A stretch of 63,946 nucleotides of DNA, the filler included, from an uncultured Methanoregulaceae archaeon (GTDB lineage Archaea; Halobacteriota; Methanomicrobia; Methanomicrobiales; Methanospirillaceae), in NCBI GenBank assembly GCA_964530035.1. It is 4 parts of 4 records of this genome, joined end to end, with 100 filler letters (N's around TTAATTAATTAA, not from the genome) between each part and the next. Parts side by side here need not be neighbours in the genome. Positions count along the whole stretch, not along the records: positions 36,206 to 53,194 come from CAZGXZ010000036.1; positions 53,295 to 63,946 come from CAZGXZ010000083.1; 2 more parts are not named here. One strand, given 5' to 3'. The position numbers and the translations under genes were made by a program. This document shows positions 48,926 to 59,116 of this stretch, piece by piece (within the stretch, counting starts at the first letter, position 1; each line of letters starts with the position of its first letter). The notes beneath the pieces are model-generated. The model was given only the letters and a program-made list of their open reading frames with translations, was not told the origin of the DNA and did not search any database.

Positions 48926-49932
48926 CAGATGTCCCTCATGTCAATGATTTGCGAAAGCTCCGGCCCGGTGGATATCAGCGTGACAGGTACTCCGATGTCA
49001 TCTTCTGCCATGGCAATGAAGTCCCTGGCCTTCACACTCAGCTTTGAAAAATCGGTGACTCCGAAACAGTCCTTGTCGACGCGGTCAATACCCGTGATGG
49101 CGGCCTGGGTACATCCATTGATCATGGCCGAGTACCGGGCCATACTGCCGTCCCATTCACCAATCCTCCGCTGGCGGTGGGTCACGGTCCCGAACTCCTG
49201 GATCCCCATCGCGTCTGAACGGTCCCGGGATAGTTCAGTTGAGAATGGGCCCTCCCCGACACGGGTCGGATAGGCCTTGAAAACGACGATGACATCGTCT
49301 ATCCGGGTCGGGCCGACGCCATTATCAGCGGCAATCTGGGATGCCGACGTGTCCTTGCTGGTCACGAACGGATATGTCCCGTAGTAGAGGGATATCCCAA
49401 ATCCCTGGGTGCCTTCAAGAAGGACATTATCACCCCGGTTAAGGGCCCCGTTTATTTCTTCAGGCACATCCACGAGGAAGGGCTCCAGCTCCGGGACGTC
49501 ATGTGCAAGCCTCGAGGTCCTCATGACACGATCTGAATTTGCCGGGCCGCAGCCTGAGCCGGTACTCCCGATCGTCTTTGCCAGGTGATCGCTTCCCTTG
49601 TCCCGGGCAATGTGATCGGGTTCGATAATACCACAACGCTTGTCAATGAAAGTCCTGTCCCTGACATGGACCAGGTCTATTTCATGGAGAAAGACGCGGG
49701 GATCGACCAGCACTCCCGTACCGATCATGAGCCGTGACCGGGGATAGACAAACCCGGAGGGTACCATGCGGACCCCGTAGCTCTTCTCTCCCACGAGTAC
49801 TGTATGGCCGGCATTCGGCCCGACCCCGCCCCTCGAGATGATTGATGGGTGATCGTGGTGTGCTATATGCGCAACGATCTTCCCTTTTCCCTCGTCTCCG
49901 AAAAATCCGCAGACGATGATGGTACAGCTCAT
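48925..49932 (-). CDS. purA: Adenylosuccinate synthetase (short archaeal form)
   Basis: GDEGKGK, NAGHT, EGTQG, YPFVTS, TRVGEGP, EFGTVT. Confidence 0.96.
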   Translation of the reverse strand: MSCTIIVCGFFGDEGKGKIVAHIAHHDHPSIISRGGVGPNAGHTVLVGEKSYGVRMVPSGFVYPRSRLMIGTGVLVDPRVFLHEIDLVHVRDRTFIDKRCGIIEPDHIARDKGSDHLAKTIGSTGSGCGPANSDRVMRTSRLAHDVPELEPFLVDVPEEINGALNRGDNVLLEGTQGFGISLYYGTYPFVTSKDTSASQIAADNGVGPTRIDDVIVVFKAYPTRVGEGPFSTELSRDRSDAMGIQEFGTVTHRQRRIGEWDGSMARYSAMINGCTQAAITGIDRVDKDCFGVTDFSKLSVKARDFIAMAEDDIGVPVTLISTGPELSQIIDMRDI

Positions 49933-50072
49933 TCGAACCATGATACGTGGGTGACCACTGGCAATAAACCTGACACCCGGTATCTGCCGGACATGAGATC
50001 GGAAGGCCGTGCTACTACCTGTACTCAGCAGAAAGAGGGGGGCGGGGGCTTAAAATCCCCGGTTTCCGGCCC

Positions 50073-51230
50073 TTACAGGGACCCGATAAACTCGCCTATC
50101 CTGGAAACCGCTTCTGCTAGATTTTCCCTTGAAACCGCATACGAACAACGGAGGTGGCCTGCCGCGCCACTTCCAAAAACACTGCCGGGCACAACGGCAA
50201 TCCGTTTCTCCTTGAGGAGTTGTTCGGCAAACTCGTCATCAGTAAGACCGAATTCCCTGACTGACGGGAACGCGTAAAACGCCCCTTCAGGCATGTGGCA
50301 TCCTAGGCCAATCCGGTTGAGTCCCTCCACAAAGAGGTTGCGACGGAGATGGTACTCCCTGACCATTGCGTCCTTGTCCTCCTCGCCGTTGCGGAGCGCT
50401 TCGACCGCTGCGACCTGGCCCATGATGGGGGCGCAGAGCATCACGTACTGGTGGATCTTGAGCGCGGCGTCACAGATATCCCTCGGTGCACAGAGATACC
50501 CGACGCGCCAGCCTGTCATGGCATACGCCTTTGAAAAACCGTTCAGGGTTATTGTCCGTTCCCAAAGGTCCCCGACGGTTGCTGCAGCAACATGTTTGCC
50601 TTCGTAGGTGAGCTCGGCATAGACCTCGTCGCTGATAAGTACCAGGTCATGGTCTGTGACAATATCCGCGATGCCTTTCAGGTCATCCTTTCTCATGACC
50701 GCACCAGTCGGGTTGTTCGGGAAGTTGATGATAAGCGCCTTGGTCCGGGAAGAGACACGTTCCATCAGTGCATCGGGCGTAAGGTGGAAGTGGTCCTTTT
50801 CAAGACACGGGACTGGCACGGGTATACCCCCTGCAAGGGTTACACAGGGAGGATAGGATACATAGATCGGCTCCGTTACAAGGATTTCATCCCCGGGGTC
50901 CACGACGGAACGGATGGCGATGTCCAGTGCCTCCGATACCCCCGTTGTTATGATCATTTCGGAATCAGACCGGTAGGAAAGTCCGTAATGGTCAGCCAGG
51001 TAGACGGAAAGGAGCGCTCTTAAGGATTCCAGCCCCCTGTTGGAGGTATACGAGGTTGTACCCTGTTCGATGGAGTAGATGCTCCGTTCGCACACACTCC
51101 ACGGGGTTGAAAAATCCGGTTCACCGACGCCGAGCGAGATAACGTCTTCCATGCCGAGGACCAGGTCAAAGAACTTCCTGATCCCTGATGGTGGGATTAC
51201 CTTCGCCCTTTCTGACACAAAATCTCTCAT
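50073..51230 (-). CDS. Class I/II PLP aminotransferase (YugH/AlaT-like)
   Basis: SGIRKFF, LGVGEPDF, NNPTG, SDEVY, GFSKAYAMTGWR. Confidence 0.93.
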   Translation of the reverse strand: MRDFVSERAKVIPPSGIRKFFDLVLGMEDVISLGVGEPDFSTPWSVCERSIYSIEQGTTSYTSNRGLESLRALLSVYLADHYGLSYRSDSEMIITTGVSEALDIAIRSVVDPGDEILVTEPIYVSYPPCVTLAGGIPVPVPCLEKDHFHLTPDALMERVSSRTKALIINFPNNPTGAVMRKDDLKGIADIVTDHDLVLISDEVYAELTYEGKHVAAATVGDLWERTITLNGFSKAYAMTGWRVGYLCAPRDICDAALKIHQYVMLCAPIMGQVAAVEALRNGEEDKDAMVREYHLRRNLFVEGLNRIGLGCHMPEGAFYAFPSVREFGLTDDEFAEQLLKEKRIAVVPGSVFGSGAAGHLRCSYAVSRENLAEAVSRIGEFIGSL

Positions 51231-51235
51231 AGGCA

Positions 51236-51727
51236 TCAGAAAGAAAAGGGAAGGCGTTCCTGCGCTTCCCTTTCGAAGTAGAGGTTACCGTTTTCCTTGT
51301 AGGTCTTCATGATGATATGGGTGGCTGTCTCACGGATCCTATCCATGGGAGCGATGTGTTCCGAGACGAACCGCGACACTTCCTGCATGTCCTTTCCCGC
51401 GACCAGCAGCTGGAGGTCATAGGTGCCGGTCATAAGGCGGCAGGACTTCACCTGCCTGAACTTGGATATCCGCTCGGCTATCCTGTCATAGCCGAAATCC
51501 CGCTCAGGGCTGACCTTAAGCTCGATGACTGCTGCTACCCCGCCGTCTCCCGCCCGGGCCCAGTCAACCACTGCGGAGTATTTACGGATGATCTGCGTTT
51601 CCTGTAGCCGGGTTTTCCGTGCGGACGCTTCCTCTTCAGGAATCCCCAGCATGGTGGAAAGATCGCTATCGGAAAGCATGCAGTTGTCCTCGATCAGGCG
51701 GAGGAGCTGGATATCAGTGTCATCCAT
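51236..51727 (-). CDS. Lrp/AsnC family regulator (YugG-like)
   Basis: N-terminal HTH, GYDRIAERI, LMTGTYDL, TATH..KTYK. Confidence 0.9.
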   Translation of the reverse strand: MDDTDIQLLRLIEDNCMLSDSDLSTMLGIPEEEASARKTRLQETQIIRKYSAVVDWARAGDGGVAAVIELKVSPERDFGYDRIAERISKFRQVKSCRLMTGTYDLQLLVAGKDMQEVSRFVSEHIAPMDRIRETATHIIMKTYKENGNLYFEREAQERLPFSF

Positions 51728-51734
51728 TCTTGAA

Positions 51735-53042
51735 TCACCGGAAGGCGCGCCTTATCCACGTTGCGTCGATTTCATTTAAGCCGTTTTTGGATAGACGCTG
51801 GTCAGCTTTGAGTACATCCCAGATCTTCTGGGTATTGATATCAAACCACATTTCTTTGGTCCTCCCGTACCTGCCCCGGCTTACAACGCGGGTATTAATG
51901 ACGCCCAGCATGTTCAGTTCTGATATAAGGTCGGTTATCCTGCGGTGCGTCAGGACATCGATCTCGAGTATGGGTGCAACATCCTTGTAAACCCGTAATA
52001 CTTCGCCACTGGTGAAGATGGTGAGATCGACCTGGTGGAGGAGGAACATGCAATACAGGATGACCTTGCTTTGCATGGGCAGGGTTGCAATGCACTCTAT
52101 CATGCTGTCAGTTTCAATTTTTGCCTGCGCCTGCTTGACATGCCCCTCCCTGACCAGGTCCGCATTTTCCCGGTCGGCGATCTCCCCGGAAACCCGGAGC
52201 AGGTCAAGGGCCCGCCGTGCGTCCCCATGCTCCTGAGCGGCCAGGGCTGCACAAAGGGGTATGACTCCCTCCTCAAGAGCCGACTCAACGAAAGCGAGGT
52301 TGGCACGCTGGGCAAGGATATCACACAGCTGGGGAGCATTATATGGTGGAAAAACCATTTCTTCCTCGGAAAGCGAGGAAAGGACACGGGGGTCAAGAAA
52401 GTCCTTGAAGGAAAGGTCGTTTGAGATACCGATGATGCTGACTTTGGAATTATGAAGGTCGCTATTAATCCTGGTCAGGTTGTAAAGGGTGTCATCGCCA
52501 CTTTTCTTTACTAGTTTGTCTATTTCATCAAGTATTATGATAAGAACCCCGCCAAGGGACTCAAGCTGGTTCTTGAGCTCCATGTAGACCTGGTCGGTGG
52601 GCCAACCGGTCATGGGAATGTGTGCACGAACCTTGTCGCTTGAATTTTCATCAACCGGGGCAATGCTCTTGGATATCTGCGCGAGGACCCGGTACTGTGT
52701 GTCTATGACTTCACAGTTAAGATGCACCACCTTGCACACCGTGTTCATTGCCGTGCTGGCGTGTTCGAGCTCCTGACCGACGTATCTGACACTTGCTGTT
52801 TTCCCTGTTCCGGTTTTCCCATACAGAAGGATATTGGAGGGTGTTTCCCGTTTCAGTGCAGGGGCAAGAATAGATGCAATCTGTTCAATCTGTGGCCGTC
52901 TATGGGGAAGGATATGGGGGCGATACGAATGCCGGAGGACTTCCCGGTCCTTAAAGATGCGATTATTAACAAGGAATTTTTTGAACAGGCCGGACGTGCC
53001 TTCCTGATCATGTGGACTGGTTTCCATGAGGGGGTGGATCAA
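51735..53042 (-). CDS. cdc6: Orc1/Cdc6 replication initiator (start 53042 or 53027)
   Basis: YGKTGTGKT Walker A, LDEID Walker B, HGDARRALDLL, SRGRYGRT wing. Confidence 0.97.
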   Translation of the reverse strand: MIHPLMETSPHDQEGTSGLFKKFLVNNRIFKDREVLRHSYRPHILPHRRPQIEQIASILAPALKRETPSNILLYGKTGTGKTASVRYVGQELEHASTAMNTVCKVVHLNCEVIDTQYRVLAQISKSIAPVDENSSDKVRAHIPMTGWPTDQVYMELKNQLESLGGVLIIILDEIDKLVKKSGDDTLYNLTRINSDLHNSKVSIIGISNDLSFKDFLDPRVLSSLSEEEMVFPPYNAPQLCDILAQRANLAFVESALEEGVIPLCAALAAQEHGDARRALDLLRVSGEIADRENADLVREGHVKQAQAKIETDSMIECIATLPMQSKVILYCMFLLHQVDLTIFTSGEVLRVYKDVAPILEIDVLTHRRITDLISELNMLGVINTRVVSRGRYGRTKEMWFDINTQKIWDVLKADQRLSKNGLNEIDATWIRRAFR

Positions 53043-53062
53043 TATGTGGACGGCCCTAATAA

Positions 53063-53180
53063 TTCCATCGAAATTACTGCAGATATAAACCCCTTAAATT
53101 CCAGTGGACTCAATGATAAATTCAGTTTTTTTCCAGTTTTCTATGGATTCTTGCGGTTATTGTTCCAGACGAACCAAAGG
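53063..53180. promoter_or_regulatory. ORB-like boxes upstream of cdc6 (candidate oriC, truncated)
   Basis: GTCCACTGGAATTTAAGGGGT (minus, 53089-53109), GTTCCAGACGAACCAAAGG (53162-53180), TTCCATCGAAAT (53063-53074). Confidence 0.6.
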
Positions 53181-53194
53181 TTCTTGAGGTCACG

Positions 53195-53294
53195 NNNNNN
53201 NNNNNNNNNNNNNNNNNNNNNNNNNNNNNNNNNNNNNNTTAATTAATTAANNNNNNNNNNNNNNNNNNNNNNNNNNNNNNNNNNNNNNNNNNNN
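53195..53294. other. Artificial contig spacer
   Basis: N-TTAATTAATTAA-N, 100 bp. Confidence 0.98.
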
Positions 53295-53477
53295 AAGTGA
53301 GAGGACTGCGAGGACAGGATAGAGGAGGTTGTTCTCGGCAAGGTATTTCGGGATCTGCGCGATAAACACAATGACAAGGCTCGTCCAGCCGGCGATACCG
53401 AAAAAAGACCGGTATCTGCCGGGGACCAGGTAAAGTACGAATGCCACGCACGATGCTGCAATGAAAGCCTCGATCAT
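53295..53477 (-). CDS. artA: Archaeosortase A, N-terminal fragment
   Basis: Hydrophobic ..LVPGRYR..GW..NNLLYP..LSL resembles Methanomicrobiales ArtA N-termini; catalytic region not present. Confidence 0.55.
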
Positions 53478-53593
53478 TCTTCTTATGGTTGGGAACCCTT
53501 TGATGAAAAAGTTCGTGAACCGGGAGCATGTATCCGGACGGATCTGAGCACCACGCAAGGCTTCATCTCATAAAAACACAGATAAATATTCTG

Positions 53594-53908
53594 ATGTTCT
53601 GTCCAGAATGTAAAAGTCTCATGATCTCCTCCGCAGGGTTCCTTAAATGCCGTAAATGCGGTTATATGAAAAAAATTGAGGAAGGGGACCCCCAGATGAA
53701 GAAAAAGGTCAGGATGAGTGAGCGTGAGATTGTCATCGTCGAGGACGGTGCAGCCATCAAGACCCTTCCCACTATCGCGATAAAATGCCCGAAATGCGAG
53801 CACAACCTGGCCGAGTGGTGGCTCCGCCAGCTCAGGTCGGCTGATGAGAGTGAAGTGCGCTTTTTCAGGTGTACCAGCTGCGGACACACCTGGCGTGAAT
53901 ACGACTGA
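53594..53908 (+). CDS. tfs: Transcription factor S
   Basis: MFCPEC, CRKC, CPKC, QLRSADE, FFRCTSCGHTWREY. Confidence 0.96.
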   Translation: MFCPECKSLMISSAGFLKCRKCGYMKKIEEGDPQMKKKVRMSEREIVIVEDGAAIKTLPTIAIKCPKCEHNLAEWWLRQLRSADESEVRFFRCTSCGHTWREYD

Positions 53909-53934
53909 GTTATAACCACATATTTTCAGCTTTA

Positions 53935-54390
53935 TTGAAATCCTCCACATCTTCAATTTTATTCACCCCATTATGAGAGATCTCCATCAGTTGCAATTCC
54001 AATGATAGGATTTCCTATGAAAATGCTAAAAATGGCCTCATAATATCGAGATTTTGTGCGGGGATTTTCATGGTTCTGGTGTAAACTCCCGTTCATTTGC
54101 GTTTCAAGAGCCGATTTTTTGGTTTTAACCTCGAACAGGCAGAGGATTAGAGAAATTAGGACAGGGGGCTGTCGCCCCCCAAACCCCCTGCATACGATAG
54201 CCATGGCAAGCCGTTGCCGATTCCGTTATCAGGGTTGTTTGCGGCACGGTTTTTGCAGTTTTGGTATTCAGCGGTTTTTTCCAGTTTGAAATCTTCATGA
54301 AGGGCCATGAGACCGCCGCCGGGGCGCCCTTCGGGGGCGGCGGTGTATCTTTTCGGGGGTGTGGGGGCACACCCCCACTGAAGGGTTGAT
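53935..54390. repeat. Modular intergenic repeat, copy B (modules X-Y-Z)
   Basis: Homologous to 22507-23040 with a different module order. Confidence 0.88.
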
Positions 54391-54556
54391 GTTTATCGGA
54401 TATCGGAAAAGGTGACTACGGGTATCCGGCAAGCTCTGAATCATTCTGAAAGGTCTTGAAAAATTTCAGATCCCTTTTCTTCAATCACGCAGATTACCTG
54501 AAAGAAATGTCCTGCAAGGAAGAATTATTCGTTAAAATTGAGATTTTTTGGCTCGG

Positions 54557-54634
54557 TTGAAATCCTAAACATCTTCACTTTTATTCTCCCATTATGAGAG
54601 ATATCCATCAGTTGCAATTCCGATCATAAGGATT
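54557..54634. repeat. Solo copy of repeat module X
   Basis: TTGAAATCCT..CATTATGAGAG..CCATCAGTTGCAATTCC matches 53935-54010. Confidence 0.85.
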
Positions 54635-54785
54635 CAACAAAGCCACATTTTCCGATTTTTTTCTCTTAACCTGGATTCTACGGCCTTATTTATTTCCGGG
54701 ACCCATGCAGTCCGTTTTGCTGCTAAGAGTGAAAGGCTCCAGAACGGGAGCACCTGGCTAAATCAGACTAAAAAGGAGGCCAAGG

Positions 54786-56849
54786 TTATAAGAGTCCGGG
54801 CGCCCGCGTCCTGAACTTCTGCCACAGGACCCTGCCGATGACCCGGTAGGTATAGTCAAGCTCGCCAAAGTTCGGGATCCCATTGTCCTTGAGGATTTTC
54901 CTGCCTACATCCATTGATTCTCCACCGAGGAGACTGGCGACAATCCGGTTCTCGGTCATGCCGGAAAAGGCGAGGATCTCATGGGCGAGATCCTCGGAGG
55001 TGAGGACGAGGTTCGGGAACCCGACGACGAAGGCGATGTCCCAGAGGTCAGAATGCCGCGAGAGGATCCGGAATGTCTGTTCAAAGCGGGACGCTGAGGC
55101 ATCACCCAGGAGGTCAACCGGGTTGCCTTTGTTCCAGTAATCAGGGAGGACCCCGTTGAGCTCCCCAATAACTGACTGCGGGAGGTCTACCAGCTCTATG
55201 CCATACCGTTCCGAGTAATCCGAGGACAGGACAGCAAAGCCGCCGGCGTTCGTGATGACCACCGCCCGCTTTCCTTTCGGGTAGCCCTTCGGATGGGAGA
55301 GCATTTCTGCAGCAAGGAACGCACCGGTGAGGGTGTGGACAACGACAACGCCGGAACGCCTGAAAGCCTCCATGTAGACATCATACGACCCTGACAGGGA
55401 ACCCGTGTGGGAGGAGGCCGCCTTCTGGCCCTTCTCGGAAGACCCCGACTTGATGGCAATCACGGGCTTCGTCTTCGCAACCTCGGACACGACATCCATG
55501 AAGGCCCTTCCGTCATGGATTTCCTCGATATACAGGATAACAGCCTTTGTACGTTCGTCGTTCTGGACAAACCTGAGGTAATCGAGAAAGTTCAGGTCGG
55601 ACTGGTTACCGACTGAAATAACCGCTGAAAAACCAATATTGGCTGAAATACTCCAATCAACAACAGTATTGATGATCGCCCCGCTCTGAGAGATGAAGGC
55701 AATGGTCCCGGGATAGGGGGACTGCCTGACATAGGTCGTATCAATCCCCCTGGGCGGGATGATGACCCCGAGGCAGTTCGGACCAATAATCCTTGTACCG
55801 TGGGAACGGGCGATCTGGACGATCCTGTCCTCGAGCGCCTTTCCTTCAGGTCCCATCTCACGGAAACCGGCGGTTATTATGACCACCATGGGAACCCCTT
55901 TCTGGCCGCATTCCTCGACCACACGGGGGACATGGATTGCCGGGACGGAAATGACCGCGAGGTCGACCGGTGCGGGTATCGAGAGGACGGTCGGGTACGC
56001 CTTCAGTCCCTGGATATCAGCCCGCTTGTTGTTCACAGGGTACAGCTGCCCGGGAAAGTGGAGGAGGTTGTGCATGACGGCATACCCCATCTTGGACGGA
56101 TCCTGCGAAGCCCCTATGACGGCAATGGACCGCGGGTTAAAGTATTCCATTGGCACGGGTACGCTTTCCGAGGGAGTATACACCTCGGGTGTGTCGGTGA
56201 GGATGATCCGGGCATCGACCGCACAGGCCCCTTTTTCATACAGGCGGAGAGGGTTTACATCAAATTCCTGGATCCCCGGGTTTTCCAGGAACATCCTGCT
56301 GACCGAAAGGATAATGGATACGAGGAGTTCGCTGTCCTTCGGTTTCATGCCCCGGTATCCCGTGAGGAGCGGATATGCATTGATCTCCCTGATCATGCCC
56401 CGTATGTCATCAGCTTCAAGCGGCAGGATCCGGAGGGTTACGTCCTTCATGAGTTCCACGAGCGTCCCGCCTATACCAAAGGTGATGACCTTGCCGAACG
56501 CCTTGTCAGTCTTCCCTCCGATAATCAGTTCAAGTCCGGGATTTGCCTGTTCCTCGATAATGACCCCCTTTATTGATGCATCAGGAAAAACCGACCTGAC
56601 ATTCCCCATTATCCGGGTGAATGCCTGGGAGGCAGCTTCACGTCCCCCGATACCGGTGATCACTCCACCTGCATCGCTCTTGTGCACGACATCAGGTGAG
56701 ATTATTTTCATCACGACAGGAAAACCAATCTCCTCAGCTGCATCTGCTGCTTCCTGTTCGGAATTAACGATGCGGTACGAAGGTACCGGGACCCCATATG
56801 AGCGGAGGAGATCATATCCTTCCGCTTCCGACATCATCCAATCACTCAT
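54786..56849 (-). CDS. Acetate/acyl-CoA ligase (ADP-forming), fused beta-alpha
   Basis: N-terminal ATP-grasp (FPVVMKI, HKSDAGGV, DVNP), CoA-binding IGAS, GPNCLG, SQSG, SHTGSL phospho-His, NPVDLLGDA. Confidence 0.93.
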   Translation of the reverse strand: MSDWMMSEAEGYDLLRSYGVPVPSYRIVNSEQEAADAAEEIGFPVVMKIISPDVVHKSDAGGVITGIGGREAASQAFTRIMGNVRSVFPDASIKGVIIEEQANPGLELIIGGKTDKAFGKVITFGIGGTLVELMKDVTLRILPLEADDIRGMIREINAYPLLTGYRGMKPKDSELLVSIILSVSRMFLENPGIQEFDVNPLRLYEKGACAVDARIILTDTPEVYTPSESVPVPMEYFNPRSIAVIGASQDPSKMGYAVMHNLLHFPGQLYPVNNKRADIQGLKAYPTVLSIPAPVDLAVISVPAIHVPRVVEECGQKGVPMVVIITAGFREMGPEGKALEDRIVQIARSHGTRIIGPNCLGVIIPPRGIDTTYVRQSPYPGTIAFISQSGAIINTVVDWSISANIGFSAVISVGNQSDLNFLDYLRFVQNDERTKAVILYIEEIHDGRAFMDVVSEVAKTKPVIAIKSGSSEKGQKAASSHTGSLSGSYDVYMEAFRRSGVVVVHTLTGAFLAAEMLSHPKGYPKGKRAVVITNAGGFAVLSSDYSERYGIELVDLPQSVIGELNGVLPDYWNKGNPVDLLGDASASRFEQTFRILSRHSDLWDIAFVVGFPNLVLTSEDLAHEILAFSGMTENRIVASLLGGESMDVGRKILKDNGIPNFGELDYTYRVIGRVLWQKFRTRAPGLL

Positions 56850-57249
56850 GGTAACTGACCTTGCCTGAAAAAAACTCCTTAACCTGCAGGACTTATCCGC
56901 ATTAAAGGTCTTGGAGAGAGTTTTTGTTTCGGATACTCCTTTACACATGTGCCTCCCGCCCTTATAAAGTACCAGTTTTGCCATGCTGCGAGAATAGATT
57001 CTGGAATTACCTCTATGGTCCGGAAAACCCTGATAATGCCCACGATGGGTCTGCCGGGGAGGCCGGGTGATGGGTTTCTCCAAAGGAATAATTCCAGAAT
57101 GAAGGATTTTAAGCAATATAGACCCGATTCCAGTCGCAGGGGTTTATCCATCGGGATACAGGATTCGCATCGGAATCAGGCGTTTTTCATGCATTTTGAA
57201 TGGGGGATCTACCCAACTGTTTATATAGTGCCCTGAAGTATTTATAAAT

Positions 57250-57810
57250 ATGAAGACGCGGCCAGAGGACTCCCTCCGGATAGAGAATATCGTCGCTTCA
57301 GCCAAAATCACGGATTATCTTGATCTCCCTGAAATCGCATCAAAGATTAAGGATGCCGAGTACAATAAGAAGCGGTTTCCCGGAGTGGTTATCCGGATGC
57401 AGGACCCGAAAATCGCCGCCCTGGTTTTCGGGTCAGGAAAGGTCGTCCTTACCGGTGCCAAAAGTATTGAAAGCCTGTCAAGGGGGCTTGATATCCTTGG
57501 AGACCTTCTCCGGGGCCTGCAGATCCAGATACCCGACACCCTCCAGTACAAGATCCAGAATATCGTTACTTCTGCCGATCTCGGGTCAGGTATCAACCTG
57601 AATAAAATTGCCGTCGGGTTCAACCTGGACAGGATTGAATACGAACCTGAACAGTTTCCCGGACTGGTCTACCGTCTTGAAAATCCGAAGGTCGTCGTCC
57701 TCCTCTTCGGATCAGGGAAACTAATTATAACCGGCGGGAAGGAGCCTGTCGATGCACGACTTGCCGTCAACAAGATCGTCAGTGACCTGAAAGGTCTCGG
57801 CCTCATCTGA
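57250..57810 (+). CDS. tbp: TATA-box binding protein
   Basis: Two repeats: ENIVAS/QNIVTS, FPG, FGSGK..TG. Confidence 0.98.
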   Translation: MKTRPEDSLRIENIVASAKITDYLDLPEIASKIKDAEYNKKRFPGVVIRMQDPKIAALVFGSGKVVLTGAKSIESLSRGLDILGDLLRGLQIQIPDTLQYKIQNIVTSADLGSGINLNKIAVGFNLDRIEYEPEQFPGLVYRLENPKVVVLLFGSGKLIITGGKEPVDARLAVNKIVSDLKGLGLI

Positions 57811-57931
57811 TTCTTTTTAACGAGGCAGCCCCTGAAAGGGCATTGAAATGTGGCAAGCCTTTATTAATAACGACAAATAATAATGTTTTTATTTATTGTA
57901 TAGAATAAAAGGAGCTGGGCGGGGGGTCTTC

Positions 57932-58303
57932 ATGAGGTCAAAAAATATTCTTTATTTTACCCAGAAAGAGGAGGACCTGGCAGAGCTCCTGATGCAGACA
58001 GGCCTGAAGAGGAATGTCGCACGGGTACTGGTATACCTCGCCAATTCTCCCGAGGCCACGTCACGGGACATAGAACGGGGGACAGATCTTCGTCAGCCGG
58101 AAGTCAGTATTGCAATGGGAGTACTTCTTGCACGGGAATGGATCTCCACGAGGGAGATCCGGACTGAGAACAAGGGCCGCCCGGTCAAGAAATATTTACT
58201 TTCACGTCCGTTTCTGGAGATTATTGACCGTATTGAAACCGAGAAGGTTACTGAACTGGACCACCAGCTTTCCCTTATCAGGAGCATCCGGGACCTGTTC
58301 TGA
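57932..58303 (+). CDS. Winged-HTH transcriptional regulator (COG4738-like)
   Basis: SRDIERGTDLRQPEVSIAM, KGRP. Confidence 0.85.
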   Translation: MRSKNILYFTQKEEDLAELLMQTGLKRNVARVLVYLANSPEATSRDIERGTDLRQPEVSIAMGVLLAREWISTREIRTENKGRPVKKYLLSRPFLEIIDRIETEKVTELDHQLSLIRSIRDLF

Positions 58304-58310
58304 ACACGGG

Positions 58311-59027
58311 TCACCTGTTTTGGCAGGTCTTTTGGGGAGTGTCCAGGACGTCGCAGCCTGCTGTTGTCCCGACAATAACGGTAGTCTTTTGGGAAAACTC
58401 GCAGAAGAGACCGCACCCGGTGACCCCGGGAAGGTTGTTCAGGTCTTTTTCAAGTTCCTCGGGACATTCAATGAAGGGAAATGACGCGTCGATGATAAAA
58501 TTGCCATTGTCAGATATGACAGGCCCGTCCTTTCTTAGTCCTTCGCGGATCACCGGGATCCCGCCATGTGCGATGATACGCCGCATGACAACAGGGGATG
58601 CGAAGGGGAGGACTTCGACGGGAATATCGCCTGATAATGCATTCTTCAGTTTTGATTCATCAATTACGATGATGAACCGTTCCGATGCATCAGCCACGAC
58701 CCGTTCACGCACCTGGGCTGCGCCCCTTCCCTTTACAAGGCGGAAAGAAGGGTCTACCTGGTCGGCACCGTCAATGGTAAGGTCGAGCACCGGGTGTTCT
58801 TTCAGGGTTGTCAGCGGTATACCCAGGTCTGCCGCACGCTGTTCAGTCTGGAACGAGGTAGGGACACCGAGAATGGTGTTTCCTTCCCGCACCAGGTCTG
58901 CAATCCTTTCAAGGGCATAGGAGGTTGTGGAGCCTGTCCCGATGCCGATGACCATACCGTCCCTGACGAGTTCTGCCGCCTTGTAACCGGCGCGTTGCTT
59001 CATCGAACCTGGCTCCATTGCTACCAT
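58311..59027 (-). CDS. rpiA: Ribose-5-phosphate isomerase A
   Basis: GIGTGST, IDGADQV, KGRG, SDNGNFIID. Confidence 0.96.
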   Translation of the reverse strand: MVAMEPGSMKQRAGYKAAELVRDGMVIGIGTGSTTSYALERIADLVREGNTILGVPTSFQTEQRAADLGIPLTTLKEHPVLDLTIDGADQVDPSFRLVKGRGAAQVRERVVADASERFIIVIDESKLKNALSGDIPVEVLPFASPVVMRRIIAHGGIPVIREGLRKDGPVISDNGNFIIDASFPFIECPEELEKDLNNLPGVTGCGLFCEFSQKTTVIVGTTAGCDVLDTPQKTCQNR

Positions 59028-59116
59028 ATCCGGATATTAATCACAATTTAGTACCAAAAAAAACCGCTGGTGCAGGTTTCAGTCATGATGTTTCTCCTCA
59101 CGAGGGGTTGCCTGCG

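Noticed and set aside
53971..54370. Short ORFs inside the repeat (53971-54204, 54056-54289, 54125-54370)
   Set aside because: Indels between copies A and B break the frames; conservation follows hairpins rather than codons.
56850..57116. Long N-terminal extensions in the ORF track (acyl-CoA ligase, sec11 to 38367, RecJ-like from 8646, DUF2148 from 19224)
   Set aside because: The extensions cross promoters or neighbouring genes and lack family similarity; downstream ATGs fit better.
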